Assembly: GCA_946184675.1 (NCBI GenBank)
Contig: CAMHFW010000001.1
Span: forward strand, 14,822 to 78,821
Direction of reading: 5' to 3'
From: an uncultured Clostridia bacterium
GTDB lineage: Bacteria; Bacillota; Clostridia; Lachnospirales; Lachnospiraceae
DNA length: 64,000 bases
The position numbers were made by a program, and so were the translations under genes. Shown here piece after piece: positions 36,775 through 45,127 of this stretch. The notes below the pieces were generated by a model. It was not told where the DNA came from, did not search any database, and saw nothing but the letters and a program-made list of their open reading frames with translations. Numbering within the stretch: the stretch's first letter is position 1; each line of letters begins with the position of its first letter.

Positions 36775-37536
36775 TTATTGTGCTATCACATAGGGGAAGA
36801 ATCCCTCATTGCTCTCTGCTGATACCAGAAACGCCCCCATGGCCTGGCGCATCCGGTCCTTTTTTCCTGCCATCTCCTCCGGCGTTCCCTCTGCCAGCTT
36901 CTGCCCTCCGTCCAGCAAAACGATCCGGTCACTGAAGGCAAAGCTCCATGGCAGGTCATGAGAAGCCGTGAGGATGCCTTTTCCCTGGTCTGCCAGCTTT
37001 CGCAGCAGCCCGGCCAGCTCCAGCTGATGGGCGATATCCATCGACGCTGCCGGCTCATCCAAAAGCAAATACCCGGCCTCCTGCGCTATCACCATGGCCA
37101 GATACGCGCGCTGCCTCTCTCCGCCGGATAGTTCTTTTACCATGCGGTCCCGCAGCTCCCATACGTCCGTTTCTTCCATGGCGCGGGCAATGATCTGCCG
37201 GTCGGTGCTGCCCAGCCGTTTGGAAAAGCCCAGCCGGCAAAATCTGCCATGGGAGACCAGGGTATAGACCGTCATCTCCGGAATGGCCAGGGTCTGGGGC
37301 AGGTAGGCAATCCGCCTGGCTTTCTCCCTGCGGGTCATGGACTGCAGGTCCTCCCCGTCTGCCCGGACGATGCCGCTGCAGGGGATTATGGCTCCTGCCG
37401 ACCGCAAAAGGGTGGATTTCCCGCTTCCATTCCGGCCGAGAATGGTTGTAATCTGCCCCGGCGCCGCATCCAGGCTCTCCAGCCGCAGAACTTCTTTTCC
37501 TCCGTACATCGTCTTCAGGTTCCTGATCTCAAGCAT
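36775..37536 (-). CDS. ABC transporter ATP-binding protein (FecE/BtuD/FhuC-like)
   Basis: Walker A GRNGSGKST, signature LSGGERQR, Walker B LLLDEP. The ATG at 37536 overlaps the permease stop. Confidence 0.9.
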   Translation of the reverse strand: MLEIRNLKTMYGGKEVLRLESLDAAPGQITTILGRNGSGKSTLLRSAGAIIPCSGIVRADGEDLQSMTRREKARRIAYLPQTLAIPEMTVYTLVSHGRFCRLGFSKRLGSTDRQIIARAMEETDVWELRDRMVKELSGGERQRAYLAMVIAQEAGYLLLDEPAASMDIAHQLELAGLLRKLADQGKGILTASHDLPWSFAFSDRIVLLDGGQKLAEGTPEEMAGKKDRMRQAMGAFLVSAESNEGFFPYVIAQ

Positions 37537-38524
37537 GTCTGCCCTCCCCCTTCCGACGCAAAAGCAGCCAGATGAAAAACGGTGCTCCCAGACAGGAGAG
37601 AAGAAGCCCTGCAGGCAGCTCATACGGATAAAAAGCAGTCCGCGCGATCACATCGCACAGCAAAAGGAAACTGCTTCCCCAGACGCAGCACAAAAGAAGC
37701 CTCTTCCTGCAGCTGCCTCCGGCTGCGATCCGGACCAGATTGGGAATCATCAGTCCCACAAAACTCAGAAGCCCGCAAAGACTGACCGCCGCGCCTGCCA
37801 GCACTGCCGCGCAGAGAATGGAAAGCACCCGCCAGCGCCGGACATCCAGTCCGAGGCCGGCAGCCGCCTCATCTCCCAGCGAAAAAAGGTCTATTCCGCC
37901 GGAAAGGAGCAAGGCTGCGACCGCCGCAGCCGCAATGATACCTGCAGACACCCCAAGCTGCGCCGGGTCGATTCCTTTTAGGCCTCCCAGACTGAAAGAC
38001 ACCTTGTCTGCAACCGTATCCGGCCAAAATGTGATAATTCCCTGAGAGAACGCGCTCATCAGGCTGGACACAGCCACACCGGACAGTACGACCATTGTCT
38101 TAGACGCCCCGGCCCGCCTGGAAATCCCGTAGACCAGGCCCGCCGCGCAAACCGCGCCCAAAAAAGCGGCGCCTCCGCGCAGGACCGGGCTGTAGGGCAA
38201 AAGCAAAGCTGCCAGCAGCACAAAGAGACCGGCCCCTGCGTTCACACCAATCACACCGGGGGAGGCCAGATGATTGCCCAGCGCCTCCTGCAGCAAAAGA
38301 CCGGATACGGCAAGCCCCGCCCCGCAGCAGACGGCTGCGACCGCGCGAGGCAGCCGGACTCCCAGCAGAATCAGCCTCGCCGTTCCGCCCCCCTGTCCCA
38401 GCAGGGCAGCCCACAGCTCCGCGCTGCTTACAGCGTCATTTGAAATAAAAACAGATAGCAGAAAGCAGACCGGCAGGACCAGAAGCCCCAGCAGCAGCCC
38501 TGCATTATTTTTGAAGTAATTCAT
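37529..38524 (-). CDS. FecCD/BtuC-family (type II) ABC importer permease
   Basis: About 10 TM helices, Gly/Ala-rich, with the typical LLGVRLPR motif. The start is the ATG at 38524 or at 38557; both overlap the end of the binding-protein gene. Confidence 0.85.
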   Translation of the reverse strand: MNYFKNNAGLLLGLLVLPVCFLLSVFISNDAVSSAELWAALLGQGGGTARLILLGVRLPRAVAAVCCGAGLAVSGLLLQEALGNHLASPGVIGVNAGAGLFVLLAALLLPYSPVLRGGAAFLGAVCAAGLVYGISRRAGASKTMVVLSGVAVSSLMSAFSQGIITFWPDTVADKVSFSLGGLKGIDPAQLGVSAGIIAAAAVAALLLSGGIDLFSLGDEAAAGLGLDVRRWRVLSILCAAVLAGAAVSLCGLLSFVGLMIPNLVRIAAGGSCRKRLLLCCVWGSSFLLLCDVIARTAFYPYELPAGLLLSCLGAPFFIWLLLRRKGEGRHA

Positions 38525-39434
38525 CGATATATCCGTAAGCTTCCCCCCACCGGGCATTGGGCTTGTACTGGAACAGGTCTTTGGGAAGGATAAAGACCCT
38601 GCCGCTTTTTACCGCGCGCAGTTCCCCCCAGACAGCATGATCCGCAAAGGCCTCCCGGTAACTCTGCTGCGCCTCGTTTTCCTTTCCCTGAGGAATGACA
38701 AAAATATAGTCCGGATCTGCCGCGATGACCGCCTCCAGATTCAGCTCATCCAGAGCGGAATTGTCCTCTGCGATATTTTTCAGTCCGAAATCCGAAAAAA
38801 TCTCACAGGCAAAATAATCCTTCTTCAGCGTTTTGTTTTTCGTCGCAGACACCCGCATAGCCAAAAAGGTTCTTTCTTCTGCCTCATTCTCTGCAATCCG
38901 GGCAGAGGCTCCGCCCAGTATGTTTTGGATTTCCTCTCCGACCCCTGTAACATTTTTTTCGAAAAGGTCTTCTCTGCCGGTCATGTCTGTTAATGTCGCC
39001 ATCACAGTCCGGTAATCGTCAAAACCGTTGATCTCTATCGGCATGCAGGCAACGCCGGCCCGCTCCAGTTCTTCCCGCAGCTCCTGCTGCGCGGTCAGCT
39101 CCGCCGATAGGATCACCAGATCAGGATCCAGGGCAAGAATCGCCTCGATACCCGGCTTGGAAACCGTGCCGATCACAGCAGTCTCCTCTGTCAGGCCGGG
39201 AAGATCTGATGCATCCTCTGTAACACCTGCCAGCTCTCCGCCTGCCAGCAGCCACAGCTCTGCCAGGGATCTGGAAACGGCTGCGACCCGGGCAGGCCTT
39301 TCCTCCCCGGCACTTTCCTGCAGGGTTTCCGTCACTGCAGTTTCCCCCGATGGCCGGGAGCCTCCGCACCCTGCAAATATTGTTATAATAGCGACAATCA
39401 TTACCAGAACAGCTGTACATTTTTTGAATTTCAT
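38505..39434 (-). CDS. Class-8 periplasmic binding lipoprotein (BtuF/FhuD/heme-type)
   Basis: Lipobox MKFKKCTAVLVMIVAIITIFAGCGG. PDLVILS and DPDYIFV motifs are typical of iron-complex/cobalamin binding proteins. Confidence 0.85.
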   Translation of the reverse strand: MKFKKCTAVLVMIVAIITIFAGCGGSRPSGETAVTETLQESAGEERPARVAAVSRSLAELWLLAGGELAGVTEDASDLPGLTEETAVIGTVSKPGIEAILALDPDLVILSAELTAQQELREELERAGVACMPIEINGFDDYRTVMATLTDMTGREDLFEKNVTGVGEEIQNILGGASARIAENEAEERTFLAMRVSATKNKTLKKDYFACEIFSDFGLKNIAEDNSALDELNLEAVIAADPDYIFVIPQGKENEAQQSYREAFADHAVWGELRAVKSGRVFILPKDLFQYKPNARWGEAYGYIDELLQK

Positions 39435-39571
39435 TTTCAATAAACTTCTTTCTTTGATAATATGTATCAATTACAAAAGAATACAAACAACTCTTGCACA
39501 GAAGATTGTTATTTATTATACTAATTCTTACAAAGTATTTCGGTTGTTATAACAACATGTGAGGTGTTTTC

Positions 39572-40246
39572 ATGAATTATACGTTTTTGTCAGGCACGGA
39601 TCTTTTTCACGGATTAAAGGAAGAGGAGATCGAGACGATTCTCCCCTGTCTCCATGCAAAAGAGAAAAGCTTTCCGCGAGGCGCGTCCATTTTCCGTGTC
39701 GGCGATACCGTGTCGGAAATCGGTCTGATTGAAAGCGGCAGCGTCAACATTCTTGTCAATTTCTACTGGGGTGACCGCCATATCTTCCGCCATGCCGGGC
39801 TAGGCGATATCTTTGCGGAAGACTATGCCTCTATCCCCGACAAAGAACTTCTCTGTGATGTCATGGCCGCTGAGGACACACAGATTCTCTTTCTGAGTCT
39901 GCATGAGCTGCTTTCCTCCTGCCAGAAGAGATGCTCCTTTCACCGGCAGATCATTCATAACCTGGTTCGGATTTCTGCCTCCAGGAGTCTGTCCCTCTCC
40001 ACCCGTATGATGCATACGGCACCGAAAACCATCCGCGAACGGCTGCTCTCTTATCTGTCTGAGCAGGCTATGGAACACGGGAGTCTGCATTTTACCATTC
40101 CCTTTTCCCGGCAGCAGCTGGCCGACTATCTGGCCGTAGACCGCAGCGCATTATCAAACGAACTGAGTAAGATGCAAAGAGACGGCTTGCTCACCTTCAG
40201 GAAAAACGAGTTTACCTTAAAAACGAAACCCTCATCCAGACTTTAA
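39572..40246 (+). CDS. Crp/Fnr-family transcriptional regulator
   Basis: N-terminal cNMP-binding-like barrel and C-terminal HTH (SRQQLADYLAVDRSALSNELSKMQRDG). It diverges from the ABC-asr operon. Confidence 0.85.
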   Translation: MNYTFLSGTDLFHGLKEEEIETILPCLHAKEKSFPRGASIFRVGDTVSEIGLIESGSVNILVNFYWGDRHIFRHAGLGDIFAEDYASIPDKELLCDVMAAEDTQILFLSLHELLSSCQKRCSFHRQIIHNLVRISASRSLSLSTRMMHTAPKTIRERLLSYLSEQAMEHGSLHFTIPFSRQQLADYLAVDRSALSNELSKMQRDGLLTFRKNEFTLKTKPSSRL

Positions 40247-40276
40247 AGCGCCCTTACCGCCACTGGCAAACAGAAG

Positions 40277-40320
40277 ATAAAAAGAGCTCTTCCGGCAATC
40301 ACCGGAAGAGCTCTTTTCTC
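40277..40320. terminator. Bidirectional hairpin terminator (after the crp-like gene and after the tRNA operon)
   Basis: Perfect 15-bp stem AAAGAGCTCTTCCGG / CCGGAAGAGCTCTTT (40281..40295 with 40302..40316), with A-run and T-run flanks. Confidence 0.8.
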
Positions 40321-40359
40321 TTCTCAACCCATATTTACACACTTTTGTTTTTGATGATA

Positions 40360-40439
40360 TGCATCTGACAGGACTTGAACCTGCACCCTTGCGGACTGGA
40401 TCCTAAGTCCAGCGTGTCTGCCAGTTCCACCACAGATGC
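40360..40439 (-). tRNA. tRNA-Leu (anticodon UAG)
   Basis: Hand-folded: acceptor GCATCTG/CAGATGC, anticodon arm CTGGA-CTTAGGA-TCCAG, long variable arm, T-loop GTTCAAGT. Confidence 0.85.
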
Positions 40440-40455
40440 TGATTTTATTAAGGCG

Positions 40456-40528
40456 CTGGGCTAGTCGGATTCGAACCAACGAATGCAGGAGTCAAAGTCC
40501 TGTGCCTTAGCCGCTTGGCGATAGCCCA
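40456..40528 (-). tRNA. tRNA-Gln (anticodon UUG)
   Basis: Acceptor TGGGCTA/TAGCCCA, anticodon arm CAGGA-CTTTGAC-TCCTG, T-loop GGTTCGAATCC. Confidence 0.85.
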
Positions 40529-40586
40529 TTATTGCACAATGGCTCAACCGATCAAACGGTTGAGCCAGTCATGCTGATTATAAAAG

Positions 40587-40661
40587 GGTGGATAATGGGA
40601 CTCGAACCCATGGCCTCCAGAGCCACAATCTGGCGCGCTAGCCAACTGCGCCATACCCACC
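40587..40661 (-). tRNA. tRNA-His (anticodon GUG, with encoded G-1)
   Basis: G-1 plus acceptor GTGGGTA/TATCCAC, anticodon arm CCAGA-TTGTGGC-TCTGG, T-loop GGTTCGAGTCC. Confidence 0.85.
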
Positions 40662-40688
40662 ATATTTATAAAAATGCCTTTCGGCAAA

Positions 40689-40762
40689 CGAGCCTGAAGG
40701 GATTCGAACCCCCGACACACGGCTTAGAAGGCCGTTGCTCTATCCAACTGAGCTACAGACTC
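40689..40762 (-). tRNA. tRNA-Arg (anticodon UCU)
   Basis: Acceptor GAGTCTG/CAGGCTC, D-arm TAGCTCAGTTGGATAGAGCA, anticodon arm ACGGC-CTTCTAA-GCCGT. Confidence 0.85.
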
Positions 40763-40779
40763 ATTCCCTGACCCGGGAA

Positions 40780-40854
40780 TCGGAGTGACAGGATTTGAAC
40801 CTGCGACCTCTTGATCCCAAATCAAGCGCTCTAGCCAAGCTGAGCCACACCCCG
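40780..40854 (-). tRNA. tRNA-Pro (anticodon UGG)
   Basis: Acceptor CGGGGTG/CACTCCG, anticodon arm CTTGA-TTTGGGA-TCAAG, T-loop GGTTCAAATCC. Confidence 0.85.
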
Positions 40855-40894
40855 TCTCGCGAAAATGCGTACTCATTTTGGTGACGCATATTAT

Positions 40895-40923
40895 ATATTA
40901 TATGATGAAAGCCTTCTTGTCAA
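40895..40923 (-). promoter_or_regulatory. Promoter of the tRNA operon (TTGACA, then TATAAT/TAATAT)
   Basis: On the minus strand, TTGACA lies at 40923..40918 and overlaps the rdgB stop codon. TATAAT lies at 40902..40897 (15-nt spacer) or TAATAT at 40900..40895 (17-nt spacer). Confidence 0.5.
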
Positions 40924-41516
40924 GCAGAAAAATAATCTTTTAGAAAAGGCCTGATTTTTTCCAGTGCTCTTCCCCTGTGACTGATCTTGTTTTTGTCCTC
41001 CGGCGCCATCTGTGCAGTCGTACATCCGTATTCCGGCAGATAAAAGATCGGATCATAGCCAAATCCGTTTTCTCCGGCTTCCTCATAGCCGATCCTGCCC
41101 TCTATGATGCCGCGGACTGTCTTTGTGGGTGCGTCAGGAAATGCCGCTGCCACCGCACAGACAAAACGGGCGGTTCGCTTTTCATCCGGCACCCCGTCCA
41201 GACGGTGGATCAGATTGGCATTCTTAATCCGGTAGGAAGTGTCCTCACCCATATACCGTGCCGAATAAATTCCCGGTTCACCGCCCAGGGCATCGATCTC
41301 CAGGCCGGAGTCATCCGCGATTGTCACGCATCCCGTCAGCTTGCAGATTGCTTCTGCTTTGATGACCGCATTTTCCTCAAAGCTCTTTCCATTCTCTTCC
41401 ACGTCTGCATGAATCCCGGCTTCCTTCAAGGATACGATCTCAATCGGGAAGTCTGCCATGATCGCATGGATCTCTTTCATTTTATCCTGATTATTGGTTG
41501 CAAAAATGATTCTCAT
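40920..41516 (-). CDS. rdgB: Non-canonical purine NTP pyrophosphatase (RdgB/HAM1 family)
   Basis: MRIIFATNNQDKMKEI..., ADDSGLEIDALGGEPGIYSARY, and FGYDPIF...SHRGRA. Confidence 0.92.
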   Translation of the reverse strand: MRIIFATNNQDKMKEIHAIMADFPIEIVSLKEAGIHADVEENGKSFEENAVIKAEAICKLTGCVTIADDSGLEIDALGGEPGIYSARYMGEDTSYRIKNANLIHRLDGVPDEKRTARFVCAVAAAFPDAPTKTVRGIIEGRIGYEEAGENGFGYDPIFYLPEYGCTTAQMAPEDKNKISHRGRALEKIRPFLKDYFSA

Positions 41517-41536
41517 ATCCCTATCTCCTGCTTTTT

Positions 41537-43189
41537 CTATTGCATATCTCTGGTATATACTTTCAGGCAGGCATTTCCCTGCGCAGCTTCCTCCACCGGA
41601 GCCCATGTCGTTCCCTCCGGGCTCATATAAGTCTCTCCGTCATCCAGCTTTGCCGTGCTGGTCAGATCTGACCCGGCATATTCCATGGCAACCGGATGGG
41701 TGGCGTCTTTCGTGCGGATCCGCACCACAACTGCAAAGCATTCCCCGTCTTCCAGCGGAATTTCCTCTCCCAGTTCTGCCGTGAAAAATCCCCTGTCAGC
41801 CAGATATCCGCTCCTCAGGTACTGCATATCTGCAAAATCTTCTGCCCCTTCAAAATCCCGTACCAGATACAGATCATACCAGGTCCCGGGGTCTGTAGAA
41901 TAAAATCCTGCTGCCGAAAGGGTCTCCTCCGGACCGGCTGTATACACTGCGGCAAACATGGCCTCCGGATCCCCGTATCCGATCGATCCGGTCCAGCCCA
42001 GATCATCGCATTGATAAATATGGTCGTAATTATCCGCGCTCTCTACCCCGGTATAGGCTGCTCCGTACTTGCCGATATTGACATCATAGTAGGAAATGTA
42101 AAAGTATCCCCCGTCGCCGAAGGACTCTCCCCAGCTGTTCTTGCAAAGAAAAGCACCGTCGCCCGGCGGCTCCTGCGGAAAATTCTCTTTTGAAAAGGAG
42201 TCATCCCAGCCGATGATATCAATATCATGATTACAGGCTTCCTCCCCGGTATAATAATAGGCCGCCGTATCCGGATCATAGAAGCCGCTCATGGCCTCCA
42301 GATCCTGTCTGGCGTAGATGGCGGATTCAACGGCCCCGTTCTCATAGATCAGGGCCTTGAGTCTGTCGGTATCCGGATCTGCCAGCATAACCGCGTTCTG
42401 CACATGCACAGCGGCCTTCAGATCATCCGGAGAATATTCATCCCCGTAAGGATCCTCTTCTTCCGTGACCGGCCCCTTCCAGGATACCAGATAAGCCAGC
42501 GCCATATTAAAATCGCCGCCGGTATTTTCCTCAATCTGAAAACCGTGATGATAACTCAGATGTTCTGCAGAAAACTGAAGGACGGTCTCCGGCAGCAGAG
42601 AGGATTCCACTGCCGAAAGGGCTGCAAAAGCCCAGCAGGTCGCCCACTGCGCCTGATCACGGACCGGGCTGACCCGGCCATCGTCTCTCAGATCATAGCT
42701 GGCCGGATACTGGACTTTGATCTTTTCAGGCGACGTCAGGGCTGCGGTGCGGGTCTTTTCCTCCCAGCGGAGTGCAAAGCCCAGCGCTTCGGCAGCCTCT
42801 TCAACAGAAACCATGCCTTCCTCGTCCGCAGACAGTTCTTTGACTTCGTCCCCTGCGTGTACAGTGACCGTTCCATTTTCCCCGGCATATACATCACAGG
42901 AAAAATAGTCATTGAGCCAGCCGGACGGCATTTTCAGCTGCATTTCCTCCGACATGATCAGCTGGCCCGGTTCCCTGCTGTCGGTTTCCGCGCCATCCAC
43001 CGTCATGCGGATGCCATCCGCATTGATCCCCCTTGCTCTGACCCTCTGATAATACCTTGTCAGCAGAGGCGAATTGCTGCCCTGCAGATTGATTACCGGC
43101 TCATCGCCGCTCAGAAGCAGGAGGCCTGCAATTCCCGCGGCAAGGATCACAAAGACTGCCAGAAACAGCAGCCGTCTTAAGAATTTCAC
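41537..43189 (-). CDS. Membrane-anchored papain-like (C1 family) cysteine peptidase with N- and C-terminal extra domains
   Basis: N-terminal TM anchor LLFLAVFVILAAGIAGLLLL. Catalytic Cys context is DQAQWATCWAFAALSAVES, the His region is CNHDIDIIGWDD, and KNSWG follows. Confidence 0.85.
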   Translation of the reverse strand: MKFLRRLLFLAVFVILAAGIAGLLLLSGDEPVINLQGSNSPLLTRYYQRVRARGINADGIRMTVDGAETDSREPGQLIMSEEMQLKMPSGWLNDYFSCDVYAGENGTVTVHAGDEVKELSADEEGMVSVEEAAEALGFALRWEEKTRTAALTSPEKIKVQYPASYDLRDDGRVSPVRDQAQWATCWAFAALSAVESSLLPETVLQFSAEHLSYHHGFQIEENTGGDFNMALAYLVSWKGPVTEEEDPYGDEYSPDDLKAAVHVQNAVMLADPDTDRLKALIYENGAVESAIYARQDLEAMSGFYDPDTAAYYYTGEEACNHDIDIIGWDDSFSKENFPQEPPGDGAFLCKNSWGESFGDGGYFYISYYDVNIGKYGAAYTGVESADNYDHIYQCDDLGWTGSIGYGDPEAMFAAVYTAGPEETLSAAGFYSTDPGTWYDLYLVRDFEGAEDFADMQYLRSGYLADRGFFTAELGEEIPLEDGECFAVVVRIRTKDATHPVAMEYAGSDLTSTAKLDDGETYMSPEGTTWAPVEEAAQGNACLKVYTRDMQ

Positions 43190-44352
43190 AGACTTTCCCC
43201 CTGTCTGCGTGCCCTGGGCGGTTTAGGCCCCATGAACTGGTAAAAATAAGTACGGATCATGCCGTTGTAGATCTTGCGGTTTTTATCGGCCTTTCTGCCG
43301 ATATAGCGCTCCGCGTCCTCATAAGAAGTCAGAATATACCAGGACCAGTCATCCAGCTGACGAAAGGCCTCCCCCATCTCCTTATAAAGAGCCGGCAATG
43401 CTTTTTTATCCTCCAGGCGCTCGCCATAAGGAGGATTTGTAATAATAAACCCATATTTCTTGGGATGGCGGAGCTGGCTGACCGGCCTCTGCTGGAAATG
43501 GATCATCTCCTCTACACCTGCATCGCGGGCGTTGGCCATGGCCGCCTGAATCGCCTCTTTGTCAATATCATAGCCCTGGATCTTCATGGATACATCCCTG
43601 CGGATCAGGTCATTTGCCTCATCTACCACATTGTACCAGGCCTTTTTCGGCAGAAGATTTGCCCAGTTCTGGGCCGTAAAATCTCTGCCTGCGCCAGGAG
43701 CAATATTAGCCCCGATCATAGCTGCCTCAATGGGAAAAGTTCCGCTGCCGCAGAAAGGATCCACCAGGATCCGGTCCGCATGCCAGGGAGTCAGCATGAT
43801 CAGAGAAGCCGCCAGTGTCTCCGATACCGGCGCTGTCACCGTCATCTTGCGGTAGCCGCGCTTGTGGAGGGACTCTCCAGTCGTATCCAGCGCCACCGTC
43901 ACCTCATCATTTAAGATAAAGACGCGCAGCGGATATTCCTGTCCGTCCTCCGAAAACCAGGCTGCCGGATAGGACAGCTTCATTTTCTCCACGATGGCCT
44001 TTTTCACGATCGACTGAATGTCCGATGTGGAAAAGAGCTTACTCTTGGCGGTAGAAGCCTTTTTTACCCAGAACTTGCCGTTTTTGGGAATAAAATCCGC
44101 CCAGGGCAGAGCCTTTACTCCCTCAAAAAGCTCATCAAAGGTCTCTGCTTTGAAACGGCCTACGCACAAAAGCACACGCTCTGCCGTGCGCAGAAAAACA
44201 TTGGCCCGCGCCATCGCATCCAGGTCTCCCTGAAAGAAAACACGTCCGTTTTCCACCCGGCTGATCTCATAGCCCAGGCGGCTGATCTCACGCTTTAACA
44301 CACTCTCCGTGCCAAAATGGCAGGGAGCAATATATTCAAATAATGTCTCCAT
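43186..44352 (-). CDS. THUMP-domain class I SAM-dependent RNA methyltransferase (RlmL N-terminal half / YpsC-like)
   Basis: THUMP-like N-terminus, motif I DPFCGSGTFPIEA, motif IV ITNPPYGERL. Confidence 0.85.
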   Translation of the reverse strand: METLFEYIAPCHFGTESVLKREISRLGYEISRVENGRVFFQGDLDAMARANVFLRTAERVLLCVGRFKAETFDELFEGVKALPWADFIPKNGKFWVKKASTAKSKLFSTSDIQSIVKKAIVEKMKLSYPAAWFSEDGQEYPLRVFILNDEVTVALDTTGESLHKRGYRKMTVTAPVSETLAASLIMLTPWHADRILVDPFCGSGTFPIEAAMIGANIAPGAGRDFTAQNWANLLPKKAWYNVVDEANDLIRRDVSMKIQGYDIDKEAIQAAMANARDAGVEEMIHFQQRPVSQLRHPKKYGFIITNPPYGERLEDKKALPALYKEMGEAFRQLDDWSWYILTSYEDAERYIGRKADKNRKIYNGMIRTYFYQFMGPKPPRARRQGESL

Positions 44353-44943
44353 TTATTTCTCCTCTTTATTGTCGCTGCACAGGCAGTCCGCCGGATACTC
44401 CTTCTTCACATACAGAAGATAGCGCATATAGCGAAGAGTCTCTTCCTCGCCGCGGACAGCAATCATCTTGAGCAGCTTCTCCAGCAGCTTTTTGGTCTCG
44501 GGATGAATCGTGATAATATCACAATTGATCTTATAATAATCCCAGGCACTGCGGTCTGTATAAGCTTCTTTCTGATAGATCCGACAGGCTGCGATCCGGT
44601 CCGCCAGCATCTCCGCCACATAGCGCAGGGGCATCTTTACGCCGACTGTCCCGATCCGGTCCCTGGTAGAAATATCCGTCCAATATTCGTAATGGTGCTT
44701 ATTTCTGCCCTTATGGTGGAGCCAGGCTCCCGAATATCCCATCTCGTCCCGTTCTGCCGCGTTCGGGCTTTTATTTCCCTGATAATACTTTACGCCGGTC
44801 ATAAACTCAGCTGGTGAATATTTTGAAAGATCATGCATGAGCCCCTGGCGGCAGAGTCCCATCCGGAAGCAATATTTCCTTACCAGGATCCGATGCTCTG
44901 TAATCGTAATAAAATGCTTTTTCGCAGCAGTCAGTCTGTCCAT
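44353..44943 (-). CDS. Conserved protein of unknown function, His-rich helical (DUF5662-like, from memory)
   Basis: 196 aa containing HDLSKYSPAEF...GAWLHHKGRNKHHYEYW. The gene directly abuts the methyltransferase start. Confidence 0.55.
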   Translation of the reverse strand: MDRLTAAKKHFITITEHRILVRKYCFRMGLCRQGLMHDLSKYSPAEFMTGVKYYQGNKSPNAAERDEMGYSGAWLHHKGRNKHHYEYWTDISTRDRIGTVGVKMPLRYVAEMLADRIAACRIYQKEAYTDRSAWDYYKINCDIITIHPETKKLLEKLLKMIAVRGEEETLRYMRYLLYVKKEYPADCLCSDNKEEK

Positions 44944-45127
44944 TTTCTATCCTTATCGTTGTACTCTCTTTTTCCACAATACCTATACCTTATCATGCCC
45001 GCAAGGAAATATCAATAAAGCGGATGGTCTTTGTTCGCATGAAATAATTGATACTTTTTCCCTGTTATTATATACTGAAAACAGCTCTGCAGACCCTATA
45101 TTACTGTTTACATAAAGGAGGTTTTCT

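Noticed and set aside
39435-39571. Possible cobalamin or other riboswitch upstream of the BtuF-like binding-protein gene
   Set aside because: The divergent intergenic region is only 137 nt and AT-rich. It has no B12-box-like GCCACTG motif, and there is not enough room for such an aptamer plus two promoters.
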